IMG/VR virus record: IMGVR_UViG_3300003155_000137
Location: 1 to 46,628 of that record
Strand: one strand, 5' to 3'
Length of the DNA stretch: 46,628 nt
Source: a virus
Lineage: Duplodnaviria > Heunggongvirae > Uroviricota > Caudoviricetes
Below the pieces are notes generated by a model that saw only the letters and a program-made list of their open reading frames with translations, had not been told where the DNA came from and made no database searches. Positions 44,917-46,628 of this stretch are shown piece after piece. The position numbers and the translations under genes are program-made. Each line of letters opens with the position of its first letter. Position 1 is the first letter of the stretch.

Positions 44917-45407
44917 TGACGCAGACGACAACGGAAAGCGGACTCATTCTGCCGTTCGGCGACCAGAACCAGCCGAGACCGACGCATGACGGCGTGGACG
45001 TCCTCCCGTCCGAGGAGGAGGCCATCTACAGGTGCATCCTCGACGAGAGGGGCAGCTTGCAGTGCCATGAGGAGTTCTCGGCGGTCGACGACGTGGACTC
45101 CCTCATGAAGGCCGTCAGGGGGTTCGCGTCAAGGCTCGTCCAGCGCATATCGGAGGCCGGGTTCGTGGCCGTCGTGTCCACCGACCTGACCGACCCCGAC
45201 AACTTCGACATGTACGACGGCATGGGCGACACCAGAATCGAGTGGCATCCCAAGGTGGATATCGTTGCCCGCACGTCGAAGGTCGCCGAGATCGACGAGG
45301 AGAAGCGCGGATACGAGGTTCGTCACGGCCTTGCGGACGGCAGGGTGGGCCGTCTCCGCAACGGGAACGAATGGGACGACGAACCCGACGCGAAGAAGCT
45401 TCTCTGA
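44913..45407 (+). CDS. hypothetical protein
   Basis: 164-aa ORF coupled to ligase. Confidence 0.6.
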   Translation: MMTQTTTESGLILPFGDQNQPRPTHDGVDVLPSEEEAIYRCILDERGSLQCHEEFSAVDDVDSLMKAVRGFASRLVQRISEAGFVAVVSTDLTDPDNFDMYDGMGDTRIEWHPKVDIVARTSKVAEIDEEKRGYEVRHGLADGRVGRLRNGNEWDDEPDAKKLL

Positions 45408-45517
45408 CGGCGACACGCCGACGATGTGCGTCGTTGGTTCTGTTATGCGTATAGTGGTTCCGACCGGTCGGCCAATGCCTCTGGTCGGACATTCGTATTC
45501 GGAAATGGTGGTCGGAC

Positions 45518-46628
45518 ATGGGATTCGTCGCGAAGAAATCCAAGTATTCGGGGATGTCGGGCAGCTCGCGGTCCACGCATCGCGGGCCGAAGACGATAAA
45601 GCCCACCGGGATGTATGATTCGGTTGACGTCGCCAGCCTGTCGTCGAAGTACCGTTCGATGTTCGAGGCGACGTCAGGTGCGCTCTCGCTTGTCCGCGAG
45701 ACCGAGAGGGCGGTTCTTCTCAGCGACGGCTCGTCCACGTCATGGGTCCCCAAGTCGTCGATAGACCCATCCCGTTCGATAGACCGTGACGCCGTGGTGG
45801 AGGACGTCCGCGAACTCATCGGCAGGCTGAAGATTCCGATGCTGCACGCCGACGACGGCGAATACGACGACGTTCTGCGGCTTCCCCTCATGGCCCACCA
45901 GAAGGACGTCATCAAGACGCTTGAGGGCAAGCCACGGGTCGCCATGTTCGCCGACATGGGAACCGGCAAGACACCGATGTCGCTCGCCCGCATGGTCCTG
46001 TTCGATGACGGTCTCCCCAACCTCATCATCTGCGGAAAGTCGCTCATGGCCCAGTGGAGGAGCGAGATAGACAAGTTCTGCCCTTGGATGCAGGACAGGA
46101 TTCACATCATCAACTACGACATGATCTTCCGCAAGAGCGCCGAGAAGTTCCTGTCGCAGTTCAAGCCGGGGCGGTTCAACCTGACCCTTGAGGAGGTCGG
46201 CTGCCTCGGAAACGAGGAGGCCAAGCGCACCAGGAAGTGCATGGAACTCGCCTCGCAGTGCAGGAACCTCCAGATGCTCACCGGATCATTCTTCGGCGGC
46301 AGGTTCGAGAAGTTCTATCCGTGCGCGGTCATGCAGGGCTACGAGGGGTCGCGCATGGATTACGAGGACAGGTTCTGCATCAAGGTCAAGCAACAGAAGC
46401 GCGTCGGGTACGGACGGCACATGCGGATTGTCGACGACTGGAGAATCGTCGACTACAAGAACATCCCGGAACTCATCATGGAGACCGCCGAACGCGGTGC
46501 CGTGTTCCTGCGCACCGAGGATTGCGTCGACCTTCCCGAGGAGAACAGGTTCGTCGTCACGCTTGGATCGACCGACGAGGCGAGGTCGGCGTCCGACCGC
46601 ATCATGGCGGATTCTAGGTCCGGTGTCG
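45518..46628 (+). CDS. SNF2-like superfamily 2 helicase, runs off window end (not in ORF track)
   Basis: Open frame from ATG 45518; LMAHQK (Q motif), DMGTGKT (Walker A), LIICGKSL..QW..EI.KF, IINYD, LTG. Confidence 0.8.
   Translation, partial: MGFVAKKSKYSGMSGSSRSTHRGPKTIKPTGMYDSVDVASLSSKYRSMFEATSGALSLVRETERAVLLSDGSSTSWVPKSSIDPSRSIDRDAVVEDVRELIGRLKIPMLHADDGEYDDVLRLPLMAHQKDVIKTLEGKPRVAMFADMGTGKTPMSLARMVLFDDGLPNLIICGKSLMAQWRSEIDKFCPWMQDRIHIINYDMIFRKSAEKFLSQFKPGRFNLTLEEVGCLGNEEAKRTRKCMELASQCRNLQMLTGSFFGGRFEKFYPCAVMQGYEGSRMDYEDRFCIKVKQQKRVGYGRHMRIVDDWRIVDYKNIPELIMETAERGAVFLRTEDCVDLPEENRFVVTLGSTDEARSASDRIMADSRSGV

Noticed and set aside
3244-46628. Second DGR variable repeat
   Set aside because: No other segment matching the TR invariant blocks was found by eye; other ORF C-termini do not resemble VR.
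1-46628. tRNA genes, CRISPR arrays, integrase, endolysin
   Set aside because: No T-loop/cloverleaf, regularly spaced repeat-spacer array, or recombinase/lysin motifs seen in this window.

Overview
A ~60% GC window from a large tailed actinobacterial phage genome; host most plausibly Bifidobacterium and portal/terminase/neck genes resembling the Bxz1-type large actinophages (both inferred from recalled family resemblance, not a search). Layout: tail-fibre cluster with a complete, Avd-less diversity-generating retroelement (target 1409-2995, VR 2863-2970, TR 3136-3243, RT 3408-4544; 14/14 VR-TR mismatches at TR adenines); putative holin; a stand-alone C-terminal (nuclease) half of terminase large subunit; a C5 DNA methyltransferase split over three ORFs; a ~14 kb minus-strand accessory block (TnpA-less IS607-type TnpB, AAA ATPase, many small zinc-binding proteins) ending in a DNA-modification cluster (dCMP deaminase, T4 gp42-like dCMP hydroxymethylase, DUF3310, 5-hmdU-DNA-kinase-helical-like protein); virion genes; anaerobic RNR NrdD; a ~1750-aa virion protein whose 3' end appears replaced by a low-GC selfish element encoding five tandem C2H2 zinc fingers fused to a TnsA-like PD-(D/E)XK nuclease (a natural ZFN-like protein); a CATG-saturated non-coding region; portal and neck genes; a second C2H2-finger endonuclease; NAD-dependent ligase; and a truncated SNF2-like helicase. 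No tRNA or CRISPR array was seen. Best novelty candidates: the zinc-finger-nuclease element with gene-end replacement, the orphan terminase half, and a possible cytosine hypermodification pathway.
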